Source of the DNA: Centroscyllium fabricii
Taxonomy: Eukaryota
Direction of reading: 5' to 3'
NCBI GenBank assembly: GCA_051313645.2
Contig: JBNRSN020000005.1
Location: forward strand, 156,426,001 to 156,490,000
DNA: 64,000 nucleotides
Part shown: piece by piece, positions 11,472-23,218 of the stretch
Numbering within the stretch: the first letter of the stretch is position 1
Layout of the letters: each line of letters starts with the position of its first letter
Translations under genes and position numbers: made by a program
Notes under the pieces: generated by a model
The model's input: only the letters and a program-made list of their open reading frames with translations
What the model was told of the DNA's origin: nothing
Database searches by the model: none

Positions 11472-12919
11472 GGAATTTGATAGGGTGTGCGGCCTAGCCT
11501 GGTCGACAATGGCCGAGGCCGAAGTGTGTGTAGGGGCCCTCCGCTAGCTGGGGCCGTGCACAAGATGGCGGCGCCCGTGGTTCGCACGCAGCCGACGCGG
11601 TGGACAAGATGGCAGCGCCGGGGGTCGCACATGGCTGGCCGCTGGAAACAAGATGGCGGCGCCCATGATTCGCACGCGGCGGGCCGCGGTAGGCAAGATG
11701 GCGGTGCCGGGGAGTCGCACATGGCTGGCCGCTGAGGACAAGATGGCGGCGCCGGGGAGTCGCACATGGCTGGCCGCTGAGGACAAGATGGCGGCGCCCA
11801 TGATTCGCACGCGGCGGACCGCAGTGGACGAGATGGCGGCGCCTGTGATTCGCACGCGGTGGACGAGGTGGCGGCGCCCATGGTTCGCACGCAGCAGACC
11901 GCGCTGGGCGAGGTTGCGCCATTGGGTGGTCGCACATGGCCGGCCGCGGCCGCCATTGGCGTGGCGGTGCCCGTGCCGTGTGCGCGGCTGGCCTCTGCCG
12001 TACAGGGATGGGAGACAGAGTCGCCCGTGATTTACCCCCGGACCGCTGCTAGGTCGCGCTGCAACAGCAGTTTACCTTGGGCCATGGGATGGCGTTGGAG
12101 CTCTCGCAGGCCGCGCTGTTGGATCAGGAGCTGGGCGCTGGGGCCGATTTGCAGGCCCTGGCGTAGTGTCCCTTCTTACTGCATCGCTCACAGGTCGCGC
12201 TCTTCATGGGGCACTTCGCTCGCGGGTGTTGTCCCTGGCCGCAGAAGTAGCATCTTCGCTCCGACGGCATCTTCGCAGCTGCCGCTGCTATTGTGGGGTT
12301 CTCGACCTGTCGTGGGGCCGCCCAGGAATCGAGGGTATCGTGTGGGCCTTGGCCACCATACGCCTCTAGCTTGCGGCGCGCTCCGTCCACTGCGTTGGAG
12401 ATGGAGATCGCATCCTCCAGTGACAGAGTGTCCTTTTCCAGTAACCGCTGGCGGGCCTGGTTGGACCTGATTCCAGCCACATATGCGTCTCGTACGAGGA
12501 GATTCGTCTCCTCCTGCGCCGTTCGTGGCTGGCAGTCACAGGCCCGAGCAAGGGCTTGAAGCGCCAACAGAAATTGTTCGTTTGACTCACCCGAGCCGCT
12601 GTTGTCTGGTCGCCAGGACGTGTCTGGCATAGCCCGAGTGGACCGGGCGCAAGTAGCAATCCTTCAATTTCTTCACCGCCTCCGTATACGTCGTGAAGGA
12701 GAATACCCGGCTGCTGATTCTGGACGAGAGGACCTTCAGTTTGTCCCCGTCGCTCGTTGCCTTTGCGGCCTTCATGTAGGCCTCGACTAAGCCGAACCAC
12801 TGTTCAAAAGCGTTAGCAGCGTCTGGTTCCTGTGGATTTACATCCAGTCTGTCCGGTTTCACTGCATGGCTTTCCACAGCCGCCTCTGGTTCTTGTTGGT
12901 TTGACGCGTGACTGTCCAT
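11468..12919 (-). pseudogene. Gypsy 1 gag, frameshifted, with 45-nt linker repeats
   Basis: ATG at 12919; two zinc knuckles (CYFCGQGQHPRAKC, CERCSKKGHYARAC); homologous to the gags at 15427 and 40598. Confidence 0.85.
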
Positions 12920-13729
12920 GTTAAAATTAAGTTAATAATATTGACGTATCGTCAATAAGACTAAAGACGAGTAGTTACCTTAACTACAGGCTTTTATTAA
13001 CTTAAAGATGGAGCTCGTCTCCAGTTGAACATCAGGCACAGAATGACTGGGGGCAGGGCAGACCTCACCTATAAGGCTCCCACCTGAGGGGAGGAGTTAG
13101 AGGTGTGGCTGACCTGGCCTTACAACAGTGTTCTACATACAATACACCAAGCAACTATATACATTGGTCATGTGGTGCAATACAACTATATACAGTGGTA
13201 ATATGATTACCACAATTCGTTTAGCATAGTGGAGGTTTTACATGGCAGCACTCCGTACCCTGGCTTCTGGTTTAGGTTTTATTCTGGTTGAAGCAACAAT
13301 CTTGAAATATTCACACACGATTCTGCCAGAGCTCTCGTGCTTGGTTGCAGCATCTGCAATAGCTTCTGAATGCCTTTTTCCGCTGCACTTATTATTATTT
13401 GATGCTTTCTTTTTGTGGTGTTTTTAAAACCACGAATGAATATTTAATGATTAAAAAGACATGGCATCCTAATCTTTTTAGATAAATGGATTAGGGATCC
13501 GCAGATTAGAAATGGAGTCTTCAGATGCTGCAATCCTTTCAACTATTTTTCTTTTAATCTAATTTATGAACTTGTAGAATCGAGATGACAACAAACACAT
13601 GTGCCTGTGGGACTGAGATGTGAATTAGTACAATCTCCCTTCACCTTGGGGTATCCCGATTCTTAACCATCTCAGACAGACCTTTCTCTCTGATGGCTGT
13701 AAGGATCCTATTTTCACATTTCGTCTCCG

Positions 13730-14195
13730 CCCTTGCCTCAGCTCACCTGCTGCTGAAACCCTTTATCCATGCCTTTGTCACCTCTAGACTTGACTATTCC
13801 AATGCTCTCATGGCCGGCCCCCCATTTTTCACCATCCATCAACTTGAGCTTATTTAAAACTCTGCTGCCCATGTCCCATTCACCCATCACCCCTGTGCTT
13901 GCTGACCTACATTGGCTTCCAGTCCAGCAATGCCTTAACTTCAAAATTCTCTTCCTTGTTTTCAAATACCTCCATGGCCTCGTCCCTTCCTTTGCTGTAA
14001 CCTCCTCCAACCCTCCGAGATCTCTGCGCTCCTCCAATTCTGGCCTATTGCACATCCCTGATTTTCATCGCTCCACCATTGGTGGCCGTGCCTTCAGCTG
14101 CCTAGGCCCTAAGCTCTGGAATTCCCTCCCTAAACCTCTCCGCCTCTCTACCTCTCTTTCCTCCATCAACATGCTCCTTAAAACCTATCTCTTCC
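13730..14195 (+). mobile_element. L2 LINE 3' end; remainder at about 22476-22535
   Basis: Translation ITPVLADLHWLPV...FKIL...GGRAFSCLGPKLWNSLP, typical of the L2 ORF2 C-terminus. Confidence 0.85.
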
Positions 14196-15124
14196 GAATG
14201 CAGGTTGAACACCGTTAATCTGGCACGGGCGGGACTAGGCCCGTGCCGGGAAAGTGAAAATCCCGAACGAAAATGGTGGCACGCACGAACGCAGCGGCTT
14301 TGTCTCTCCCGAGACTAACCTTCCACATCTTCATCCACCTAGGTCTGCTCTCCAGGAAATCGAGAGTGGACCTCCGCTACAGCTGGCAAACCCTGCTGGA
14401 TATCGGGACCGGCTGCGGGGGACTTTCACTGGGAGATCGCGATATCGATCTCCCAGCTGAAACTAACAAGGCAGCGGCAGCGGAGGCCGCGAAGAGAATG
14501 CAAGTAGAAGAGAGGTAAGAGAGCAGGGACCCTCATCAGGCTGAAGAGGGCCCCTCACAAACCCTCGCTGCCCAGTATCTACCTGGCCAACACCAGGTCC
14601 CCGGTGAATAAAATTGATGAAATCAAACTTGGCCTTTCCACGCAGACCAAGAACAAGGAATGCTGCGCCATGATCTTCACGGAGACCTGGCTGAACGACG
14701 GCATTCCTGACTCCGCCATCCAGCTGGCAGGTCACACGGTCTTCCGCGCCGACAGAACAGCCGACTCCGGTAAGAGCAAGGGAGGTGGCTTGTGCATCTA
14801 CACGAACAACGCCTGGGGCATGAACGCGGAATTGATCGAAAGTTCCTGCTCTGCTGATCTGGAATTCCTCACGGTAAGGTGCAGACCCTTTTACCTGCCT
14901 CGGGAATTATTCACTGCGGTCTACATCCCTCCACGTGCTAATGCCAAACTGGCACTAAAGGATCTTCACAGCGCCATCAGCGAGCAGCAGACCGCGCATC
15001 CGGAGGGACCCTTTATCGTGGCGGGGGACTTCAACCACGCTAACCTCAAATCTGTACTCCCGGAATTCCACCAGAATGTCTCCTGCCCCACGAGGGGCGA
15101 GAACACGCTGGACCAGGTTTACAC

Positions 15125-18100
15125 TGTGGTAACCCTGTATTTACCACTTGTATATAATGTCTGTACCAGTAACGACCTTACTGCATTGCTGTATATATAT
15201 CTGTACATACCTATACATACCTGGCTGCAGGGACCGCCCCACCTCTAACTCCTCCCCTCAGGTCGGAGTATATAGGTGGCTGCTCACCATCCCCCGGTCC
15301 TTTACTGTCCTGAGCTCAGCCAAAGACCAGCTCTGTTCTATAGTTAATAAAAGCCTTTAGTTGAGGTAACTATTCGTCTTTGAGTCTTATTGATGATACG
15401 TCAATTTTATTAACTATATTTTGAAAATGGAGAGCAGCGCAGTAAAGCCGGAACACCTCGATCTCAACCCCCAGGCGCCGAACGCTGCAACTGACTTTGA
15501 ACATTGGTTTCGCTGTGTCGAGGCCTACATGAAGGCCATGAAAGCGACCAGTGACGAGGACAAGCTGCGGGTACTGGTCTCCAGAGTCAGCGGCCGGGTG
15601 TACTCATTCATTAGAGGCACCAAAACATATACAGACCCCGCCCGAAAACTGAAGGACATCTACATGCGCCCGGTCAACTCAGTCTACGCCAGGCATCTAC
15701 TGTCGGCCAGAAGACAACGGCTGGGTGAGTCAAATGAAGAGTTTCTCCAAGCGCTCCAAGCTCTCGTACGGGCCTGCGACTGCCAGGCAGTGATGGCAGA
15801 AGAATATGCCAACCACCTGGTCCGCGATGCGTACGTAACAGGGCTCAGGTCCAGCCAGGCCTGCCAACGGCTGCTGGAGCAGGAAAAACTTTTGCTCAAG
15901 TCCGCCATCACGCTATCTAATGCGGTGGACGGGGCACTCCGGCGCTTGGACGCATACGGGGAGAGCAACTCCCACATGGGCCCACCTAACCTCTGGGCGC
16001 CGCAGAGACGGGCCGAAGCCCCAACGACGGTAGCGGCAGCTGCGAAGACGCCGACGGGGCCCAAATGCTACTTCTGTGGCCAGCCGAAACACCCGCGATC
16101 ACTGTGCCCCGCGAAGAGCGCGACCTGCGTGAAGTGCGGGAAGAAGGGCCACTTCGCCAAAGCCTGCAAGTCGGGCTCGACCTCCAGACCCAACAGCGCG
16201 GCCTGCGAAGCCAACGATGCCACTCCGTGGCCACAGGTACGGTGCTGCAGCGCGACCCAGCAGCGGCCAGTCATGTGCGAACCACGGGCGCCGCTATCTC
16301 TTTTAAAATCACAGCGGCAGCCGGCTGCGCGCGTGGCGCAGGCGCCGCCATCTTTGGCACGGGCGCGACCAGCCATGTGCAACTCGCCAGCACCACCATC
16401 TTTGGTACAGTCGCGGCCAGCTGCGTGCGAACCACGGGCGCCGCCATCTTCCACACAACAGCGGTCAGCTGCGTGCGAACCACGGGCGCCGGCATCTTTG
16501 CCACAACAGGTGCCGCCATCTTTGCCACGGCAACGGCCAGACACATGCGAATCACCGGCGCTGCCATCTTCAGTGCGGCCATCTTGCTACTCGCCCCAGA
16601 CGGGGCCCCAGCTATCGGAGGGCCCCTACACACACCCAACATCGGACTCAGCTACGGCCGACCAGTCCAGGCCGCACGCCTTGTCCAACTCCATGATGGG
16701 GATCAAGGTGGAGGGGCATGCCACTAACTGCCTGTTCGACACAGGCAGCACAGAGAGCTTTATACACCCGACACGGTGCGGTGCTACGCACTGCAGACCC
16801 GGTCCACGCGCTACCAAATCTCCCTAGCCTCCAAGTCCCACACGGCGGACATCACCGGCTACTGCAGCGTTACGCTCACCATCACGGACCGCACATACCG
16901 CAACTTCAAGTTGTACGTTCTCCCACAGGTCTGCGCCCCAGTATTACTGCGACTGGATTTCCAGTGTCACCTGCAGAGCGTAACGATGGCATACGGCGGG
17001 CCCCTGGCCCCCCTCACAGTCAGTAGCTGGGACGACCCCGACCTACCATGGCGCTCAACCTGCAGCCTGTCCACGCTGAAGGTCAACCCCCCGTCACTGT
17101 TCGCCAACCTCGACCCCAAATGCAAACCCATTGCAACCAAGAGTCGGTGATACAGTGCGGGGGACCAGGCGTTTATCAGGACGGAGGTCGAGCGCCTGTT
17201 ACGGGAAGGGATCATCGAGGCCAGCACCAGCCCCTGGAGGGCCCAGGTCGTGGTGGTTAAGACGGGTGAAAAACTGCGCATGGTCATAGACTATAGCCAG
17301 ACCATTAACCGCTACACTGGGCTCGACGCGTACCCACTTCCCCGAATCTCGCATATGGTCAACCAGATCGCCCAATACAAGGTGTTCTCCACTATTGACC
17401 TTAAGTTGGCGTATCACCAGCTCCCCATCCGGGTGTCATACCGCCGGTGCACCGCCTTCGAGGCGCACGGTCGGCTCTACCAATTCCTCCGGGTCCCCTT
17501 CGGCGTTACCAACGGAGTATCGGTCTTCCAACGGGAGATGGACTGGATGGTTGACCAGAACTAGTTGCAGGCCACTTTCCCTTATCTGGACAACGTGCGG
17601 CAATGACCAGCAGGACCACGATGCCAATCTCGCCAAATTCCTTCACACGGCCCAACAGCTGAACCTGACGTACAATAAGGACAAGTGTACCTTTGGTACG
17701 GACCGGCTCGCCATCCTCGGCTACGTGGTGTAAAACAGGGTCCTCGGCCCCGATCCCCAACGTATGCACCCCCTGCAGGAGCTGCCCTTACCTCACAACC
17801 TCAAAGCCTTGAAGAGATGCCTGGGGTTTTTCTCCTATTACGCACAATGGGTGCCCCAGTACGCGGCTAAGGCCAGGCCTCTTCTCAAGGCCGATGTCTT
17901 CCCACTCTCGGTAGAAGCCCAAACGGCCTTCGCCCAAATTAAGGAAGGCATCATCAAGGCACGCCGTTGATGAGTCCATTCCCTTCCAGGTTGAGAGCGA
18001 CGCATTGGACTTTGCCCTGGCCGCCACCCTCAACCAGGCGGGCAGGCCCGTCGCTTTCTTCTCCTGGACCCTACAGGGACCTGAAATTCGCCACTCCTCA

Positions 18101-19793
18101 GTGGAGAAGGAGGCCCAAGCTATTGTGGAGGGGGCAGTGTGCTACTGGCGCCATTATGTGGCCAGTAAGAGATTTACACTGGTCACCGACCAACGGTCGG
18201 TGGCGTTTATGTTTAACAATAAACAACGGGATAAAATTAAGACTGACAAGATCCTTCGGTGGCGGATCGAGCTCTCAACTTACGAGTACGACATTCTTTA
18301 CCGGCCAGGTAAGCTCAACGAGCCCCCGGACGCCCTGTCCAGGGGAACGTGCACCAGCGCCCAGCTTGACCGGCTGCAGGCCCTCCACGATAGACTCTGC
18401 CACCCGGGTGTCACCAGACTCGCCCACTTTGTCAAGTCCCGCAGCCTCCCCTACTCCATCTCGGAGATCAAGGCTATGACCAAAGAGTGCCCTGGCTGTG
18501 CTGAGTGCAAACCCCAATTTAACAGGCCAGACAAGGGCGCACCTCATCAAGGCCACCCGCCCCTTCGAGCGCCTGAGTGTGGACTTCAAATGTCCCCTCC
18601 CCTCCACTGACCGCAACTCGTATTTCCTCACGGTCATCGACGAGTTCTCCCGCTTCCCCTTTACCTTCCCCTGCCCAGGTATGATGAGCACAACGGTGAT
18701 CAAACACTTCACCACACTATTCGCCATCTTCGGCCTCCCCAGCTACATCCACAGCGACCGGGGGTCGTCGTTCATGAGCGACGAGCTGCGTCAGTTTCTG
18801 CTCCAGAAGGGGACTGCCTCGAGCAGAACGACCAGTTATAACCCCCGGGGGAACGGCCAGGTAGAAAGAGAGAACAGGACGATCTGGAAGGCGGTCATCC
18901 TGGCCCTTAAGTCCAGAGGCCTTCCAGTCTCCCGTTGGCAAGAGGTCCTCCCCGACGAGCTCCATTCCATCCGCGCTCTGCTGTGCACCACAACTAATGC
19001 CACACCTCACGAACAATTGTTTTCCTTCCCTAGGAAATCGACTTCGGGGACAGCACTCCCGCTGTGGCTGACCACAGCTTAGGAAGCACGTCTGCGGCCA
19101 CAAAACAGACCCCCTGGTGCAACGGGTGCACCTGCTCCACGCCAACCCGCAATATGCATATGTGGCATACCCGGACGGGCGCGAAGACACGGTCTCAATC
19201 AGGGACCTGGCGCCCGCCGGGACCACGAACACGAATTCCCCCGGCCGAGCCCCAGCTTGGCCAGCCACCACCCACCGACCACTGGCCCACATACACACAC
19301 ACGCCTGGGCCGTCGACATCGCCAGCCGACGAGCGCAGGACGGACAGCACACCACCAGCACCGGTGGCGGACAACACGCCCCCGACCCCGCGGTTGGAAC
19401 CGCCAGCACCGGCACCCCGTCGGTCCCTTCGGCAGACGAGGCCACCCGAGAGACCGATTGCAGAATGCTGACACACATTGACCCCGCCGGACTCATTTTT
19501 AAAGAAGGGTTGAATGTGGTAACTCTGTATTTACCACTTGTATGTAATGTCTGTACCAGTAACGACCTTACTGCATTGCTATATATATATCTGTACATAC
19601 CTATACATACCTGGCTGCAGGAACTGCCCCACCTCTAACTCCTCCCCTCAGGTCGGAGTATATAGGTGGCTACTCACCATCCCCCGGTCATTTACCGTCC
19701 TGAGCTAAGCCAAAGACCAGCTCTGTTCTATAGTTAATAAAAGCCTTTAGTTCAGGTAACTATTCGTCTTTGAGTCTTATTGACGATACGTCA
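15125..19793 (+). mobile_element. Gypsy LTR retrotransposon 2, full length but defective
   Basis: 279-bp LTRs at 15125-15403 and 19515-19793 (about 11 differences by eye), TSD TACAC, PPT at 19501-19514. gag ATG at 15427; pol has several stops and frameshifts. Confidence 0.96.
15427..16827 (+). pseudogene. Gypsy 2 gag-protease (frameshift after LFDTGS)
   Basis: Two CCHC knuckles, 16-aa Pro-rich repeats and the protease motif in one frame. Confidence 0.88.
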
Positions 19794-22058
19794 TACACCA
19801 ACATTGCAGAGGCTTACAAGGCCATCCCCTGCCCCCACCTCGGGAAGTCCGACCACCATTCAATGTTCCTTGCCCCAGCATACAAACCACTCATCAAAAG
19901 GGTGAAAGCTCCAGTCAAAACAATTCGGGTATGGCCAGAAGGGGCCGTCTCAGAGCTACAAGACTGCTTCGAACGCACTGAATGGAGCATGTTTGCTCAC
20001 ACGGACATCGAGGAATACGCATCCACAGTGCTATTCTACATCAACACCTGCATTGAGGTGGCCACTACCCAAAAAACCATCAAGACATACCCCAACCAGA
20101 AACCCTGGATGAAGGGGGGGGCCCGCTCGTTGCTGAAAGCACGTGATGCAGCTTTCAAATCTGGTGACGTGGCGGCTTAAAGAGGGGAATCAGGTCTGCC
20201 AAACGCAATCAGGCACTAAAGATAGAGGAACACTTCCACAACAACTCGGACCCTAGGCGTATGTGGCAAGGCATCCAGTCCATCACGGACTACAAGTGCA
20301 AGAACACCAGCTCCCCAACCAGCGATGCCTCCCTACCGGAGGAACTCAACAACTTCTACGCTCGCTTCGACAGGGACAACAAGGAGCCAGCCACCAAAGT
20401 CTTGCCATCTCCGGACGACCAGTTACTAATGCTGTCCTCCTCCGACGTAAGAGGTGCTCTATGTGGAGTGAACGCACGGAAGGCCGCGGGTTCTGAAGGC
20501 ATCCCTGGCCGGGCACTCAAAGACTGTGCTGACCAACTGGCTGAGGTCTTCACCGACATCTTCAACCTGTCACTGGCGAAGGCAGCTGTCCCTACCTGCT
20601 TCAAGACCACCACCATCATCCTTGTGCCCAAGAAAACGGCCGTGACGTGCCTGAACGACTATTGCCCTGTCGCACTCACACCCATAATCATGAAGTGTTT
20701 TGAACGGCTGGTCCTGGCCCACATCAAAGCCAGCGTCCCCACCGCCCTCGACCAATACCAGTTCGCCTATCAAGGAAACAGATCAACGGAAAATGCAATC
20801 ACAATGGCCCTTCACTCTGCACTAAACCACCTGGATAGCAAATAAACCTATATCAGAATGCTGGTTATAGACTACAGCTCAGAATTCAACACTATCGTCC
20901 CCAGCAAGTTGTCTACCAAACTGCTCACCCTTGGCCTGAACACCTCCCTCTGCAACTGGACCATGGACTTCCTAACCAACAGACCACAGTCTGTGAAGTT
21001 AGGCAACCTCATCTTCCCCCCCCCCCCCTTACCCTGAACACGGGGGCCCCACAAGGCTGTGTGCTGAGCCCCCTCCTCTACTCCCTCGTTACCCACGACT
21101 ATGTGGCTGTTCACGGCTCCAACAAGATCATCAAGTTTGCGGACGACCCCACGGTGGTTGGCCAGATCATCAACAACGATGAGTCAGCCTACAGGGATAA
21201 GATTCAGCGCCTTGTGGGATGGTGTGCCGACAACATCCTGGCACTGAACACCAAGAAAACCAAGGAGATCATAGTGGACTTCCGGAAGACTAAAGGTGGA
21301 AGACACCCCCCCCATCTTCATCTAAGGGGCTGAGGTGGAAAGGGTGTCCAGCTTCAAGTTCCTCGGGGTCCACATCTCGGAAGACCTCTCCTGGTCACTA
21401 AACACCTCCTTCCTGATAAAGAAGGCTAAACAGCGCCTGTATTTCCTAAGGAAGCTGAAAAAGGCCAAGCTGACATCTGGCATCCTCACCAACTTCTACT
21501 GCTGCACAATTGAAAGCATACTGACAAACTGCATCACAGTCTGGTATGGAAACTGCATCATCTCGGACTGGAAGGCCCTGCAGTGGGAAGTCAAAACTGC
21601 CCAACGAATCACCGGCACCCAGCTACCATCAATTGAGTGCACCTACCTGAAACGCTGCCTACAGAGGTCTCAGAACATTATTAAAGACCCCACACACCCC
21701 AGCCATAGTCTGTTTGCCCCCCTGCCCTCCGGGAGGCGCTACACAGCAATTCGCACCCACACGACCAGATTCAAGAACAGCTTCTTCCCCAGGGCTGTCA
21801 GTCTCCTGAACTCTAACAAAAAACTCCATTATCTGCACACCTGAAATGTCTATTGTATGCAAACCATGTAACTTATTTGCACTACTCTCGGGAGCGGCGA
21901 GTCTGTGTTTCGTTGTATTGTACTAGTACACTGGAATGACAATAAAAATTGAAATTGAAATTATTTGAAGCTTCGGCGAGCGCTTGCGTAGACCATTCAA
22001 AATGGCTGCCGCGAAAGGCCGGTGGCCATTTTGAGTTGTCTGCACATGCGCTTATCTT

Positions 22059-22310
22059 TCGGGGAGTCCCGGCCTGCAACCGGGGAGTCTCGGCCCTGCA
22101 TCGTTCGGGGAGTCCTGGCCCAGCCCGCGCTCGGGGAGTCCCGTCCCAGCCCGCGATCGGGGAGTCCCGTCCCAGCCTGCATTCGGGGAGTCCCGGCCCA
22201 TCCCGTGATCGGGGAGTCCTGTCCCAGCCCGTGTTCAGGGAGTCCCGGCCCAGCCCACGATCGGGGAGTCCCGTCCCAGCCTGCGATCGGCGAGTCCCGG
22301 CCCAGCCCGC
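22059..22310. repeat. 26-bp GC-rich minisatellite, about 10 units, inside the Tigger-like MITE
   Basis: Unit CGGGGAGTCCCGTCCCAGCCCGCGAT. Confidence 0.88.
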
Positions 22311-23218
22311 TATTGGCTCGGAGAGACCATTGTGAATGATCTGCACACGCGCTCGCTGTTCGGCGGCGCATGCGCAGATCATTCACCAAAGCATGCGCGG
22401 GGCAGTCTGGGAAATTATTGCCGGACGTTCGAAGTTGCCGATTTTTCGGGTAACGGATTAACGGTGCTCAACCTGGCTCGTGTCAAATTTTGTTTGATAA
22501 CGTTCCTGTGAAGTGCCTTGGGATATTTTACTACTAGCTGACCAATATTGTAGCCACTTTAAGTTGAGCACAGCCTGACCAGGTAGAATATGGAAAGTTA
22601 TTCGAACCATGATTCCCTCCATCGATAGTATACAGCTATGTAAATGACCTGCTTTGAAAGCCTTTTCCTGTCTGATATTGTTAATTGCATTTAATGAATA
22701 TATAAGACTGGGAAAGTGGAAGCTTTATCACCCTATTATTCAGTGAGTGAGAGAAGGCCCGCAGCCCATCCAGGTGTTGGAAGCAGTTTGCTGTAATATG
22801 TATTGCCATGCTGTTAATCAATGACGTAATCTAATCAGTGTCTAATCTAATATTATCTATTGTAACACGGGCAGCACTTATCAAATATCACTAGTAGCTA
22901 CTGGCCTGCTTCTGTGTTACGGCATTTGTTGTTTATTGCTCAATTTAAGGTGCTTCTGTCTCGCAAAATGACTTCTTAAAGACAAGACTGTATTTCAAAA
23001 GAATCCAGCACCTTTGATGTACCGAATAGCTCTGGTTTTGAACTAGCTGCAACATACTTGGTGATAAGATATCGCTCTGTAAGTGGGATACCTAAGTAAT
23101 CCCATGGATGACTACTTTGTTGGGATCGTGTGGCACTGCTGTTCACGCAAGCGCTTGTCCATCTGATTTGAAATTTCTGCAAAGAAAGCCAAATAAAAGG
23201 AACTCAACTGACAGGGTA

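Larger units (their letters stand above)
6702..13214 (-). mobile_element. Gypsy LTR retrotransposon 1, full length but defective; a CR1 sits in its terminal bases
   Basis: LTRs at 8340-8623 and 12942-13214, PPT AAAGAAGGGGTGAA, order gag(CCHC)-PR-RT-RH-IN. 5-bp TSD ATTCG at 6697-6701 and 13215-13219. Confidence 0.93.
14268..21962 (+). mobile_element. Rex1/Babar-clade LINE, near full length and degenerate, interrupted by Gypsy 2
   Basis: Endonuclease (IFTETWL, GGGLCIY, VAGDFN) at 14604-15124, resuming after 19798. RT motifs LNDYCPVALT, GAPQGCVLSPLL and KFADD. Tail GACAATAAAAATTGAAATTGAAA. Confidence 0.9.
14201..22475. mobile_element. Tigger/pogo-like non-autonomous DNA transposon hosting Rex1 and Gypsy insertions
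   Basis: TIRs CAGGTTGAACACCGTTAATC / GATTAACGGTGCTCAACCTG; homologous to 34781-35447. Confidence 0.82.

Noticed and set aside
18717-19598. Long antisense ORFs in the Gypsy elements
   Set aside because: GC-rich shadow frames, not conserved among the three elements.
22059-22310. Regular repeats as a CRISPR-like array (also 11560-11900 and 62585-62890)
   Set aside because: Head-to-tail minisatellites without unique spacers, in a eukaryotic context with no cas genes.
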